From: a virus
Lineage: Duplodnaviria > Caudoviricetes
Direction: 5' to 3' (one strand)
IMG/VR virus record: IMGVR_UViG_3300017589_000249
Location: 1-42,783 of that record
DNA: 42,783 bases
Shown in pieces: positions 1 through 8,461 of the stretch. Made by a program: the position numbers and the translations under genes. Every line of letters starts with the position of its first letter. Position 1 is the first letter of the stretch. The notes under the pieces were generated by a model. The model saw nothing but the letters and a program-made list of their open reading frames with translations, was not told the DNA's origin and did not search any database.

Positions 1-1653
1 TTAGCAAACCAAAGTCAATTTTTTTTTACTCCCCTTGGAACCAACTATATTCACAATCACATCATTATTGTGGCCATCATATTGAATATTATCAATAAAA
101 ACATTAATAATAGCTTTTTGTTCTTGGGTAGAAAGATCCCGTATAATTAAACATCTATCAAGCATACTTTTTATAAATATTAAAGTGAATTCTTCATTTG
201 AATTAAATTCTAATTGGGTATCAACTTCCTTTAATTTTAATTCTAAGATAGTAATATCTTTCTTGATATCTTTTATCCTATCTAGCAATATTTTATATAT
301 ATCTGCAGCTACTGCTAATTTATCAATAAGACCATTAAGAATTTTCTTTTTATCATTAAGTTCTTTTTCAAGCTTTGTTCTTTTACTTTTTATATCTGTA
401 TCTTTCACTTCGGAAGAAAAAGCTCTTTGTAAAGTTTTTAAAAATATATTTTGCTTTTCTCCTAGTTCCTCAAGGCTCTTAAGGATAGAGTCTTCAATAA
501 TCTCAGCTTTAATATTTTTACTATCACATAATTCATTGTGACTTTTCTTTTTCATAGCACAAGCATAGTAATAAAACTTATTGCCAGTTTTTTTAGAGAT
601 TCTGCCATGAACTACATGCATATAAGAGCCACAGATAGCACATCTAAGTTTTCCAGTAAGTAATGCAACATTAGTTTTACCCAAACGAGGAAAAGAGTCT
701 TTATTAGCTTTGAATTGCTCTTGTACTTTAATCCAAGTTGCTGTATCAATAATGCCAGGACAAGTACTAACAGCTGCAATCCAATCATCCTTATCATTAG
801 CAATCTTAGTATACTTACCATCCTTAATCATTGATTTAGTCTTATTGTAACTTAGAATACCACTAATTCCATCAGCATCACCATAGACATTCCAACCGTC
901 TTTTTCTAAATAATTTAAGACTGCTGCGGTGCTTTTAACATAGATAGGATTTTGAAGTATTACTTTTAAAGAGGTTTTTTCTAAAAGTGTTCCTCTGATT
1001 GATTTAATATTGTTTCTAGTGCAGTATACTTCAGTTTTGTGAAGAGATCCTTCTTTAAGATAAGTATCATAAATTAGTTTTACTAGGTCCAGTTCTTCTT
1101 CATCAAGGATTAGTTTAACAGTCTTTCTTTCATTTCCTTCTTCATCTATGTATGAAGTTGATTCGCTTTTATAGCCTAGGGGAAGTCTACCACCAGACCA
1201 CTTTCCTGATTTAGCAAGTTCTAGCATATTATCACGAACACGCTCTGCAATAGTTTCTCTTTCTAACTGAGCGAAAACAGATGCTATATATATCATTGCT
1301 CTCCCCATACTGGAAGTAGTATCAAATTGTTCCTTTATACTTATAAAGTCAGTATTATAGCTTTGAATCAAATTTAAAGTTACTGAAAAATCTGAAACAG
1401 TACGAGATATTCTATCTAATCTATAACAAATTAAAGCATCATATTTCTGTGTAGTTATATCTTTCATAAGTTCTTTGAATTTTGGTCTATTAGTATTAGC
1501 ACCAGTAAAACCCTCATCTTCATATTCAACATATTCAATATTTTCATTAGGAAAGTGAGCTACCATATAGTCTTTACACATTTGAATTTGATTGCCTATA
1601 GAGTCACCTTTACCTGTATATTTACTTTTTCTACTATAAATAGCTACTTTCAT
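1..1653 (-). CDS. Large serine recombinase (prophage integrase)
   Basis: N-terminal YSRKS catalytic motif, YRLDRISR, FAQLERETIAER, recombinase domain, Zn ribbon (CAICG...YYAC...C) and coiled coil; GGAGGG RBS. Confidence 0.95.
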   Translation of the reverse strand: MKVAIYSRKSKYTGKGDSIGNQIQMCKDYMVAHFPNENIEYVEYEDEGFTGANTNRPKFKELMKDITTQKYDALICYRLDRISRTVSDFSVTLNLIQSYNTDFISIKEQFDTTSSMGRAMIYIASVFAQLERETIAERVRDNMLELAKSGKWSGGRLPLGYKSESTSYIDEEGNERKTVKLILDEEELDLVKLIYDTYLKEGSLHKTEVYCTRNNIKSIRGTLLEKTSLKVILQNPIYVKSTAAVLNYLEKDGWNVYGDADGISGILSYNKTKSMIKDGKYTKIANDKDDWIAAVSTCPGIIDTATWIKVQEQFKANKDSFPRLGKTNVALLTGKLRCAICGSYMHVVHGRISKKTGNKFYYYACAMKKKSHNELCDSKNIKAEIIEDSILKSLEELGEKQNIFLKTLQRAFSSEVKDTDIKSKRTKLEKELNDKKKILNGLIDKLAVAADIYKILLDRIKDIKKDITILELKLKEVDTQLEFNSNEEFTLIFIKSMLDRCLIIRDLSTQEQKAIINVFIDNIQYDGHNNDVIVNIVGSKGSKKKLTLVC

Positions 1654-1736
1654 TCTATATCCCTCCAGTAATGTATATGTAATAGAGTTTAATTGTATTT
1701 ATAATAAAAATAAATGGATACTCACTCCATCTATTT

Positions 1737-2219
1737 TCAAAGGTGCTCGTGACGAACATCTTTGAAAATCTTAATAATAGAAAGATTAGGTTCAAAGGTA
1801 ATTAAGTAATTATCAATTTCAAAATGGGTCCCATATTTTTTTCTATAGAAATCAATTGTATCTTCAAGAAAATTCACAGTAACATCTAAGTATTCAGCTA
1901 ATTCATTTCTGCCAGTTATGCCATGATTAAATGCATCAATAAGATCTATTATCCTTACTAGTTCTTGACAGGCCCATCTTCTTGCTGAAATTTCTTGTTT
2001 AACAGAGACTATAGATTTATCTAGTATAGGGAGAGAGGTTGTATAGTGATGTCCAAGTTCTTCTGCTAGAAGGCATCTTTTTTCGGTATTTGTTTCAATC
2101 CTACTATTTAAAGCTATGAATCCATCTAAGTAATACCCTTTAGCTTGGCCATTAAAGGGAATTTCAAAGACTTCAATATTTTCTTTATTTGCAATATTCA
2201 ATAATTCATCATAGTTCAT
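1737..2219 (-). CDS. ImmA/IrrE-family metallopeptidase (anti-repressor)
   Basis: LAEELGHH zincin-variant motif, QEISARRWA, C-terminal HTH-like LAEYLDVT; next to integrase. Confidence 0.9.
   Translation of the reverse strand: MNYDELLNIANKENIEVFEIPFNGQAKGYYLDGFIALNSRIETNTEKRCLLAEELGHHYTTSLPILDKSIVSVKQEISARRWACQELVRIIDLIDAFNHGITGRNELAEYLDVTVNFLEDTIDFYRKKYGTHFEIDNYLITFEPNLSIIKIFKDVRHEHL
1741..1761. repeat. 21-bp palindrome, degenerate copy (AGGTGCTCGT-G-ACGAACATCT) in the last codons of immA
   Basis: Two mismatches to the perfect copies at 5007 and 14514, opposite orientation of the central base. Confidence 0.7.
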
Positions 2220-2259
2220 ATTTTAACTCCTTTTATCAAGTAGTATAATTTATAGGAAT

Positions 2260-2289
2260 ATTATAACATAAATTAAGAATGTATGTTCG
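2260..2289 (-). promoter_or_regulatory. Putative immA promoter (extended -10 TGTTATAAT) with LexA/SOS-box-like site CGAACATACATTCT at 2276-2289
   Basis: One mismatch to the Firmicute GAAC-N4-GTTC core; lies over the -35 region. Confidence 0.55.
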
Positions 2290-2298
2290 CTATTGGGC

Positions 2299-2330
2299 AA
2301 AAAAAAGGTGTTCGTCATGAACACCTTTTT
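2299..2330. repeat. 21-bp palindrome copy (2306-2326, AGGTGTTCGTCATGAACACCT) with A/T tracts; can act as terminator of the cargo operon
   Basis: A8-GGTGTTC-N5-GAACACC-T5 just downstream of the 481-aa gene. Confidence 0.85.
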
Positions 2331-2363
2331 AATGTAAAGAGAAGTTATATTAAAAATATATAA

Positions 2364-3809
2364 TTAAAAAAAGAATCCTAAAATAATAACAAGCATTTCA
2401 AATATAAAAAGACACCATTTCCAATATTCTTTATATAGAGTTGCCTTCTCATCAGCCTCATGAATATCGTCGTTAAAGTATATATCATTTTTAAAGAGGG
2501 TCCCTATATCAGCGGGTACAAGTATATCTTTATAGCTTTCTTTTAATCTAGAGTATAAAGTTTTAATTCGTTTTTTATTTTGATCATATTCCTTGCAAGT
2601 ATATTTAAAATAAAACACTGAAATTAAGACTAAAACTAAAGAAATAATAGTAATTTCACTGGTGAAAATATTTGTTAGCCTTTTGTCATTTAATGAGTTC
2701 ATAATAGTGATAGTTGCTATAAATGTACCAATAACGCTTAGATTTTTCATGAAATTTTTAGTTAAAGAATTGATTAAGTCGCTTATTTGAGTATTTGTAG
2801 AAAAAATATTGTCTATAACTTTAGTTTTAACTTCAAGATATTTCTCAACATTTTCTTTTAGATATATGGTATAGTTTGATCTAATTGCAGTTAATACAGA
2901 TTCATGTAGTTCAATTGTATTATAATTTGTTAAATACAAAGATATTATATTTCGTGCAATACCAATTTTATCACTTATATTACCATCAGTGTAAATCCAT
3001 TTGTAAATATCATAGTATATAATTAAATTATTTAAGTTTAAAGTATTAATTGGTAAGTTTAATTCTATATTTTTATATCCATTTAATTTTATATTTATGT
3101 TATTGTTTATTAAATCTGATATATCAAAAATATATATTATAGAAAAAATTATTTTTAACTTTTGAAAAAAGCTATCTATTCTTGCATTCTGAGATGTAGG
3201 CAAATCAAAAGCATCAGGTGTGAAATTCAAGCAAACTTTTCCTAAAAAACAGCATACAGATCTAAAGTTTTCTTTTGATGAATTATCTATAATGTAATCT
3301 CTACCAATACTTGAATTAATAGATTTAATTATAAAAGAATTTGAACTAATATTTATATTTGACAATGCATCTATAATTTCAAATGTTATAAAATTATGAT
3401 AAAATTTTGATGACAAATTGGTTAATATTTCACAAATATTAGCAGATTCAAGATAAGTACAAAAGTTATCTATTGAGTAAATATTAATAGTTGAATTTGT
3501 TTTACATTTATTTATTTGTATGAAAATTTCAGTCGATTGCTGTGGATTTAAGAGATTAATTTGATTGTTTAAATTTTCGATAAATGCACAAATATTTTCG
3601 CTATATATAACTTCATTTGAATCATCATATTTAATAGTAAATGAAAATAATTTATCATCACAAGATAAAATGTTTAAAATCTTATTACACAAATCATGTG
3701 TTAGTATAAATATATTGTTAAAGGATATAGATATATTTAAACTATGAAAATTCTCAGTTATTTCAGTATTAGTGGCATGAAATTCGCTAAGAATAGAATT
3801 TAAGTTCAT
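2364..3809 (-). CDS. Hypothetical 481-aa protein with two hydrophobic helices near the C-terminus, a coiled coil and a terminal hydrophobic tail; candidate defence effector
   Basis: Hydrophobic segments NLSVIGTFIATITIM, ITIISLVLVLISVFYF and WCLFIFEMLVIILGFFF; very AT-rich; AAAGGGGGA RBS; 28 bp from upstream gene. Confidence 0.75.
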   Translation of the reverse strand: MNLNSILSEFHATNTEITENFHSLNISISFNNIFILTHDLCNKILNILSCDDKLFSFTIKYDDSNEVIYSENICAFIENLNNQINLLNPQQSTEIFIQINKCKTNSTINIYSIDNFCTYLESANICEILTNLSSKFYHNFITFEIIDALSNINISSNSFIIKSINSSIGRDYIIDNSSKENFRSVCCFLGKVCLNFTPDAFDLPTSQNARIDSFFQKLKIIFSIIYIFDISDLINNNINIKLNGYKNIELNLPINTLNLNNLIIYYDIYKWIYTDGNISDKIGIARNIISLYLTNYNTIELHESVLTAIRSNYTIYLKENVEKYLEVKTKVIDNIFSTNTQISDLINSLTKNFMKNLSVIGTFIATITIMNSLNDKRLTNIFTSEITIISLVLVLISVFYFKYTCKEYDQNKKRIKTLYSRLKESYKDILVPADIGTLFKNDIYFNDDIHEADEKATLYKEYWKWCLFIFEMLVIILGFFF

Positions 3810-3837
3810 TGTATATCCCCCTTTTTATAAAGTATAT

Positions 3838-4935
3838 TTATAAGTCAATATTTAAAAAATTGAACCTCTTTAATTCTTTTACATCTACATTTCGTATAGC
3901 AAGTATAAATTCTCCATTTTCTAGGCGATGAGTGTAAATGCTTTCCTTTATTGTATCAGTAGTTGTTTTAATTTTCAACTCGACATTAGAGTTGAGGGTA
4001 TATTTAGTATTTGCTAAAGAATTCTTTATATCAGTATTATCAACGCTAAATATATTATCAAAATTAATTTTAGAAGTCTTCTTATCAATTATTTCTTGTT
4101 TCAACTCAGCTGTATTAATTTCTGTAGTTGATGGTTCGGCTTCAAATATAAAATCTAAACATTCATTAAAGTTAAAGTTTTTATTATGATTAAAGTAAAC
4201 ATTTAAACTATTTGTATATTCTAAATGATCTTGTTTGTAATTTCTTGAAAGTTTATTGGATAATATTCCCTTAATAAATGAATATGCTCTTGATGTATTT
4301 GATATATCACTAATAGCTTCTACTAAATCTAAAAAGCCATCATACCAATATTCAACAATTTTAGTTTGAGAATCACTTAAAAATATTTTTTTTACACTTA
4401 AATCTGAATTAAAGTGTATTCGTGCACTTTTAAGAGTAGCTTTAGCAGAATCAGGAAGTCCCATTTTTTTTATTAAATCTGTTTCATCAATAAAAGTTGA
4501 ATGTTCTACTAAGGCAATTATGTAAATTAATTCAGTATCTCTTTTAAGTAAAGACTGTATTACGCTACCTTTTCGTATTTTAGTTATTTTGTTATATCTT
4601 GCTTGAGCTGTTTTCTGAGATTCTAATAATCTATTACATATAACATATTCTGGATTTGTAGATGTAAAAATATTGTTGTCTGAAGTAGCGGCAGTTTCAC
4701 TCATGCTTTCTGCTTGAAGAGTATTATTTATAAGTGCACCAATCTGAGAAATTATAGGATTAGGACTAGTTTTGATTTGATATTCCCTCATGCTCGTATT
4801 TTCTAACATTTTGTTTGCTAAGTCATTAACATAATCTTTAGCATCATTAAAGGCAACATTTTTAGGTATTACAGTATCATTTTCTTTATCGATATGATTA
4901 AGTGAAATAAGTTTTATAATGTTTTGATCTGGCAT
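3838..4935 (-). CDS. YejK/NdpA (NA37 nucleoid-associated)-like protein; candidate defence component
   Basis: Motifs KGSVIQSL, IIALVEH..FID, YWYDGFLDL....D..NT typical of NA37-like accessory proteins; 365 aa. Confidence 0.6.
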   Translation of the reverse strand: MPDQNIIKLISLNHIDKENDTVIPKNVAFNDAKDYVNDLANKMLENTSMREYQIKTSPNPIISQIGALINNTLQAESMSETAATSDNNIFTSTNPEYVICNRLLESQKTAQARYNKITKIRKGSVIQSLLKRDTELIYIIALVEHSTFIDETDLIKKMGLPDSAKATLKSARIHFNSDLSVKKIFLSDSQTKIVEYWYDGFLDLVEAISDISNTSRAYSFIKGILSNKLSRNYKQDHLEYTNSLNVYFNHNKNFNFNECLDFIFEAEPSTTEINTAELKQEIIDKKTSKINFDNIFSVDNTDIKNSLANTKYTLNSNVELKIKTTTDTIKESIYTHRLENGEFILAIRNVDVKELKRFNFLNIDL

Positions 4936-5006
4936 AAAGATCCCCCCTTTTTAATTCTTAAAATTTATATAATATTGAAAATAATTCCTTGAGATATTAA
5001 AAATAT

Positions 5007-5027
5007 AGGTGTTCGTCACGAACACCT
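5007..5027. repeat. Perfect 21-bp palindrome AGGTGTTCGT-C-ACGAACACCT
   Basis: 10-bp arms with a 1-bp centre; upstream edge of the cargo cassette. Confidence 0.9.
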
Positions 5028-5035
5028 CATAGTTA

Positions 5036-5224
5036 TTATTTTATAATTTCTAAGTGATTCTGTATTGTAACTACATCTTCTTCAGTTTCTTGAACTTTGT
5101 GCTTAACAAATTTTATATCTTTTGAAACACTTTCTAATTTATCCGCAGTTTTAGTACGAAATTCAGTTAAATAGGCTGTTTGATCATATATAGAATTAAT
5201 TGTACCTTTTATTTCTTCTGTCTT
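5036..5224 (-). pseudogene. 5'-truncated remnant of a small coiled-coil clostridial protein (…EEIKGTINSIYDQTAYLTEFRTKTADKLESVSKDIKFVKHKVQETEEDVVTIQNHLEIIK*)
   Basis: 62 open codons with coding-like composition, no ATG or RBS; overlaps the repressor stop in the -1 frame. Confidence 0.55.
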
Positions 5225-5604
5225 TTAGAAACAACATATTCAATAAAGCCTTTAATATCATCCACATCATCCTCAGTAAAATCTTCACCATCAAAATGTG
5301 CTGCAAGAGTTTCAATCTTATTATCTTTTGCAAGGTTATTTATTTTATCTATAGGTTTTAAATTATCATACCTATCTTTTAGTAATGTTTCTGCAGATTC
5401 TTTTATATTAGAGCTACCTGATAAATAATCCAAAGAAACATTAAAAAAATCAGCTAGTATTTTTACTGTATCATAATCAGGAATTCGCTTTCCTTGTTCA
5501 TAATAACCATATGCACTAGACGTTATGTTTAAAAGTAACGCTATATCTTTTTGCAATAAGTCACGTTCCGATCTTAACTCTTTTAATCTATCTTTTAATA
5601 GCAT
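5209..5604 (-). CDS. XRE-family CI/ImmR-like repressor
   Basis: HTH RLKELR...LQKDIA...SAYGYYEQGKRIP; C-terminal TLAAH..GED.TE motif seen in ImmA-paired repressors; GGAAGGTG RBS favours ATG at 5604. Confidence 0.9.
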   Translation of the reverse strand: MLLKDRLKELRSERDLLQKDIALLLNITSSAYGYYEQGKRIPDYDTVKILADFFNVSLDYLSGSSNIKESAETLLKDRYDNLKPIDKINNLAKDNKIETLAAHFDGEDFTEDDVDDIKGFIEYVVSKRQKK

Positions 5605-5639
5605 AAGAACCACCTTCCAAGTATTTATATATTAAGTTT

Positions 5640-5747
5640 ACAACTAAAAGTTGTAGAAAAAAATAAAAACAACAAAATATTGTTTTCAGTATTGACAAAC
5701 AACTTTAAGTTGTATTAATATAGGTATATAGAACAACTTAAAGTTGG
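5640..5747. promoter_or_regulatory. Genetic switch with four 15-bp operators ACAAC-N5-GTTGT (5640-5654, degenerate 5669-5683, 5699-5713, 5733-5747) and rightward promoter TTGACA(5692)-TAATAT(5716)
   Basis: Palindromes read directly; one lies in the promoter spacer and one overlaps the cro RBS. Confidence 0.85.
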
Positions 5748-5757
5748 AGGTGAGAAC

Positions 5758-5970
5758 ATGAATAATGAGTTGCTATCTTTAAGAAATAAAAATGGATTAA
5801 CTCAACAAGAAGTAGCAAAAGCAATTAATAAAACTACAAGCTACTATGGAATGTTAGAAGGTGGTAAACGTAAGCCCTCAATTAAAGTGGCTTATGCGTT
5901 AGCAAACTTCTATGGAACAACAATGGAGAAAATTTTTTTTACTAATGCAAACAACTTTAAGTTGAATTAA
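5758..5970 (+). CDS. Cro-like XRE HTH protein
   Basis: LRNKNGLTQQEVA...YYGMLEGGKRKPS; divergent from repressor; GGAGGTG RBS. Confidence 0.9.
   Translation: MNNELLSLRNKNGLTQQEVAKAINKTTSYYGMLEGGKRKPSIKVAYALANFYGTTMEKIFFTNANNFKLN
5951..5965. promoter_or_regulatory. Fifth operator ACAACTTTAAGTTGA in the cro 3' end
   Basis: 14/15 identical to the operator at 5699. Confidence 0.75.
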
Positions 5971-6097
5971 GTGTGCTCTAATTCTAATGTATAAAGGCGT
6001 AAAAATAAATAGCAAATAAACCCACGTAATTTTGACTATAAGGGATAAACGATACATGATAGTCCACTTATGCAAATAAAAGATAGGAGTGATAGTA

Positions 6098-6598
6098 ATG
6101 GCAAAAGCGCCATCTAAAGCGGCAAATAGTATTTACTGCAAAGCAAGAATGAAAGCAGCACAGCATAACTCTATATTTTCAAGTAGAGAAGGAGCAGCAC
6201 AGGAAATAGGAGTATCAAAGGATAGTTTAACTGATTATGAATTAGGACTTTGTAAAGTTGTTCCAGTAGATAAAGTAATCATTATGGCAGATGTTTACGA
6301 TTCACCAGAGTTACTTAATAATTATTGCTGCAATGAGTGCCCAATTGGTAAGAAAACAATCCAGCCTATCGATCAAGAAAATATAGAAAATATTTATAGG
6401 TTCGCAGTGTTTGTTACTAATGATTTGGAGGCGAGTATACATGTTCAAAAAACTTTATTAAAAATAGTTGAAGATGGAATTATTGATGAATCAGAGCAAG
6501 GAGAGTTGAATTATATTATTGACTTTTTCAAAAATCTTGAGAAAAGAGCATCTGAACTTAGAATACTTGCAGAAAAGCATTCTCATTATACTTTGTAA
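6098..6598 (+). CDS. Phage HTH regulatory protein
   Basis: SREGAAQEIGVSKDSLTDYELG HTH followed by YCCNECPIG motif common in Firmicute phage early regulators. Confidence 0.7.
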   Translation: MAKAPSKAANSIYCKARMKAAQHNSIFSSREGAAQEIGVSKDSLTDYELGLCKVVPVDKVIIMADVYDSPELLNNYCCNECPIGKKTIQPIDQENIENIYRFAVFVTNDLEASIHVQKTLLKIVEDGIIDESEQGELNYIIDFFKNLEKRASELRILAEKHSHYTL

Positions 6599-6647
6599 CA
6601 AATTTTATAAGCATGGCATATAATAATAAGAATTTTTAGGGGGGTAG

Positions 6648-6806
6648 ATGATGACAGTTACTGTTATTTATCCAGAAGATACTACAGAGCTAGAAGATAA
6701 ATATTTTGAGATGCTTGCTGAATTTGCTATAAAGAAATTTAGACCTGAGGAAATACAGGCACTTATTAATTATCTTAAAAATGAAGAATTAAAGAAAGCT
6801 AATTAA
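6648..6806 (+). CDS. Small hypothetical phage protein (52 aa, MMTVTVIYPED…)
   Basis: Not in the ORF track; AGGGGGGT RBS; fills the operon gap. Confidence 0.65.
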   Translation: MMTVTVIYPEDTTELEDKYFEMLAEFAIKKFRPEEIQALINYLKNEELKKAN

Positions 6807-6829
6807 CAATGATGAAGGAGAAGAAAATA

Positions 6830-7324
6830 ATGAACAGAAATCAAATGGAAATTATTTATGAAACTAATGGATTAACAGACTATAGACTTATAACTTTGGA
6901 TGATTTAAAAAAGTGTCATGGAATAGATGTAACTGGGACCTTTGGGTATTCTGGTTTAACAGAAGAGAATAAAGATACTTTTCAAAGGTTTATACTTAAA
7001 TATTTCAATGGGCATGGTTTGGATTCAAGAATGATTATAGTACCTGTTAGTATTAATTTTGTTGAGGATATAGATTATATTGCACCTGATCCTAGAGCAA
7101 AAGAAGATGAAGAGTACAAAGATTATGTTGTAAGTGTAATTAGAAAAATTAATGTAATTAAAGATAATGGTGAGATAGAACCATTACACAAATATCAGGA
7201 TAAAGAGTATAGAAAAATTAAACCAACAACAAGGAGAAAAACAACATATTTAAGATTTGAGTTTAAAGAAGATAAAACTAAGGTTTGGCTCCATGTTACA
7301 CATAATGGAACACAATGGTATTAG
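6830..7324 (+). CDS. Hypothetical phage protein
   Basis: Long ORF; AAGGAG RBS favours ATG at 6830. Confidence 0.7.
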   Translation: MNRNQMEIIYETNGLTDYRLITLDDLKKCHGIDVTGTFGYSGLTEENKDTFQRFILKYFNGHGLDSRMIIVPVSINFVEDIDYIAPDPRAKEDEEYKDYVVSVIRKINVIKDNGEIEPLHKYQDKEYRKIKPTTRRKTTYLRFEFKEDKTKVWLHVTHNGTQWY

Positions 7325-7341
7325 TGAAGGGGGTGAGATGG

Positions 7342-7452
7342 ATGGGAAGTTTTTCAATATCGTGTAAAGCTAAGGACTTAAAAGATAAATTAGCAAGATT
7401 GCTTCTGGAAATGAAAAAAGAACCTTATACAAAGGTTCAATCAAAAATCTAA
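7342..7452 (+). CDS. Small hypothetical protein (36 aa, MGSFSISCKAKDLK…)
   Basis: AAGGGGGTGA RBS, open frame; not in the ORF track. Confidence 0.5.
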   Translation: MGSFSISCKAKDLKDKLARLLLEMKKEPYTKVQSKI

Positions 7453-7466
7453 TCTAATATTTTTTA

Positions 7467-7492
7467 GAGATACGGACTGCAATCCGTATCTC
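7467..7492. other. Perfect hairpin GAGATACGGA-CTGCAA-TCCGTATCTC without a following U tract
   Basis: 10-bp stem read directly. Confidence 0.7.
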
Positions 7493-7523
7493 CATTATAA
7501 AACGAAATGGAGGGAATGTAAAC

Positions 7524-7721
7524 ATGGTTAAAGATTTTTTAAATAGTTTAAGAACAAAGGTAAGTGAAGATGATTACAAGACAATTTTGGCTATGACAGT
7601 AGATGACATAAAGTTTAACAGGACAAGCTTTAATAAGAAGACAAGGCCAGGACAATTTATACAAATATGTAAAAGGTGTTGTACAGCATTAAGCAGGTGT
7701 GATGGGGGGATACAGATATGA
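7524..7721 (+). CDS. Hypothetical phage protein
   Basis: GGAGGG RBS; stop overlaps the parA start (ATGA). Confidence 0.7.
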   Translation: MVKDFLNSLRTKVSEDDYKTILAMTVDDIKFNRTSFNKKTRPGQFIQICKRCCTALSRCDGGIQI

Positions 7722-8461
7722 CGGTAATATCATTTTTAAACATTAAAGGTGGAGTAGCAAAGACAATATCAGCAGTTAATGTTGCTGCTGAATTAGGAAA
7801 GCAAGGATATAAAGTCTTACTTATAGATTTAGATCCCCAGAGTAATGCAACTAAATATTTAGGGTTATCATATCCGAAAGTAAAAGGAGCTTATGAGTTA
7901 CTACAAGGGGAAGATGTTGGAGTAAGGATAACTCAATACTCTAATTTATGGAGCATACCAGCTAATATAAATTTGATTTCAAGTGAAGAAGAGATGTTAA
8001 GGAATGGTAATAAGACAGCACTTAAGGATTGGTTGAATAGACCTAATAAATTCTTTGATTTTGTGATAATTGATTGTCCGCCTAGTCTGGGAATGCTATC
8101 TACAAATGCATTAGTTGCAAGTGATTATGTATTAGTGCCAGTTAAGATTAGCCAATTTGCATTAGATGGGTTTGAATACCTATTTAAAACTATTGAAGCA
8201 ATTAAGCAGGACATTAATAAAGATTTAAAATTATTAGGTGTATTTATAACAATGGATAGGGCAACTAAAATCAATAGAGAAATAAAGCAAGAACTTAGGG
8301 AAGAATTAGGAGATTTATTATTCAAACAAACAGTAAGAGAAAATGTTGATGTAATTAAAAGTACCTTTGAAGCTACTCCAGTAGTTTATCTCAACAAGAA
8401 GTGCAATGCAGCTAAAGACTATAAAGCATTTGTGGAGGAATTGATATGTCGAGTTATCTAA
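7718..8461 (+). CDS. parA: ParA/Soj-family ATPase
   Basis: Deviant Walker A KGGVAKT, IDLDPQSNAT, IIDCPPSLG. Confidence 0.93.
   Translation: MTVISFLNIKGGVAKTISAVNVAAELGKQGYKVLLIDLDPQSNATKYLGLSYPKVKGAYELLQGEDVGVRITQYSNLWSIPANINLISSEEEMLRNGNKTALKDWLNRPNKFFDFVIIDCPPSLGMLSTNALVASDYVLVPVKISQFALDGFEYLFKTIEAIKQDINKDLKLLGVFITMDRATKINREIKQELREELGDLLFKQTVRENVDVIKSTFEATPVVYLNKKCNAAKDYKAFVEELICRVI

Noticed and set aside
185-821. ORFs 185-541 (+) and 612-821 (-) in the integrase, and similar shadow ORFs (3565, 3938, 5180, 8125, 8556, 9057, 10987, 12457, 12964, 13987, 15883, 16308, 17240, 17484, 18642, 21534, 22822, 25516, 26307, 26991, 27220, 27488, 28364, 37138, 38271)
   Set aside because: Antisense or off-frame shadows of clear genes or regulatory DNA, with no convincing RBS or recognisable motifs
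2364-4935. Calling the cargo pair Kiwa
   Set aside because: KwaA is a small multi-TM protein upstream of kwaB; here the TM protein is 481 aa with C-terminal helices and lies downstream, so the match is not supportable
5007-5027. Palindrome as LexA box or CRISPR repeat
   Set aside because: Half-sites are GTTC-N5-GAAC, the reverse of GAAC-N4-GTTC; copies are 0.5-9.5 kb apart with no spacer array or cas genes
6028-6040. Isolated matches to the res 13-mer (6028-6040, 15108-15120)
   Set aside because: Single AT-rich half-sites without partner or spacing; plausible by chance
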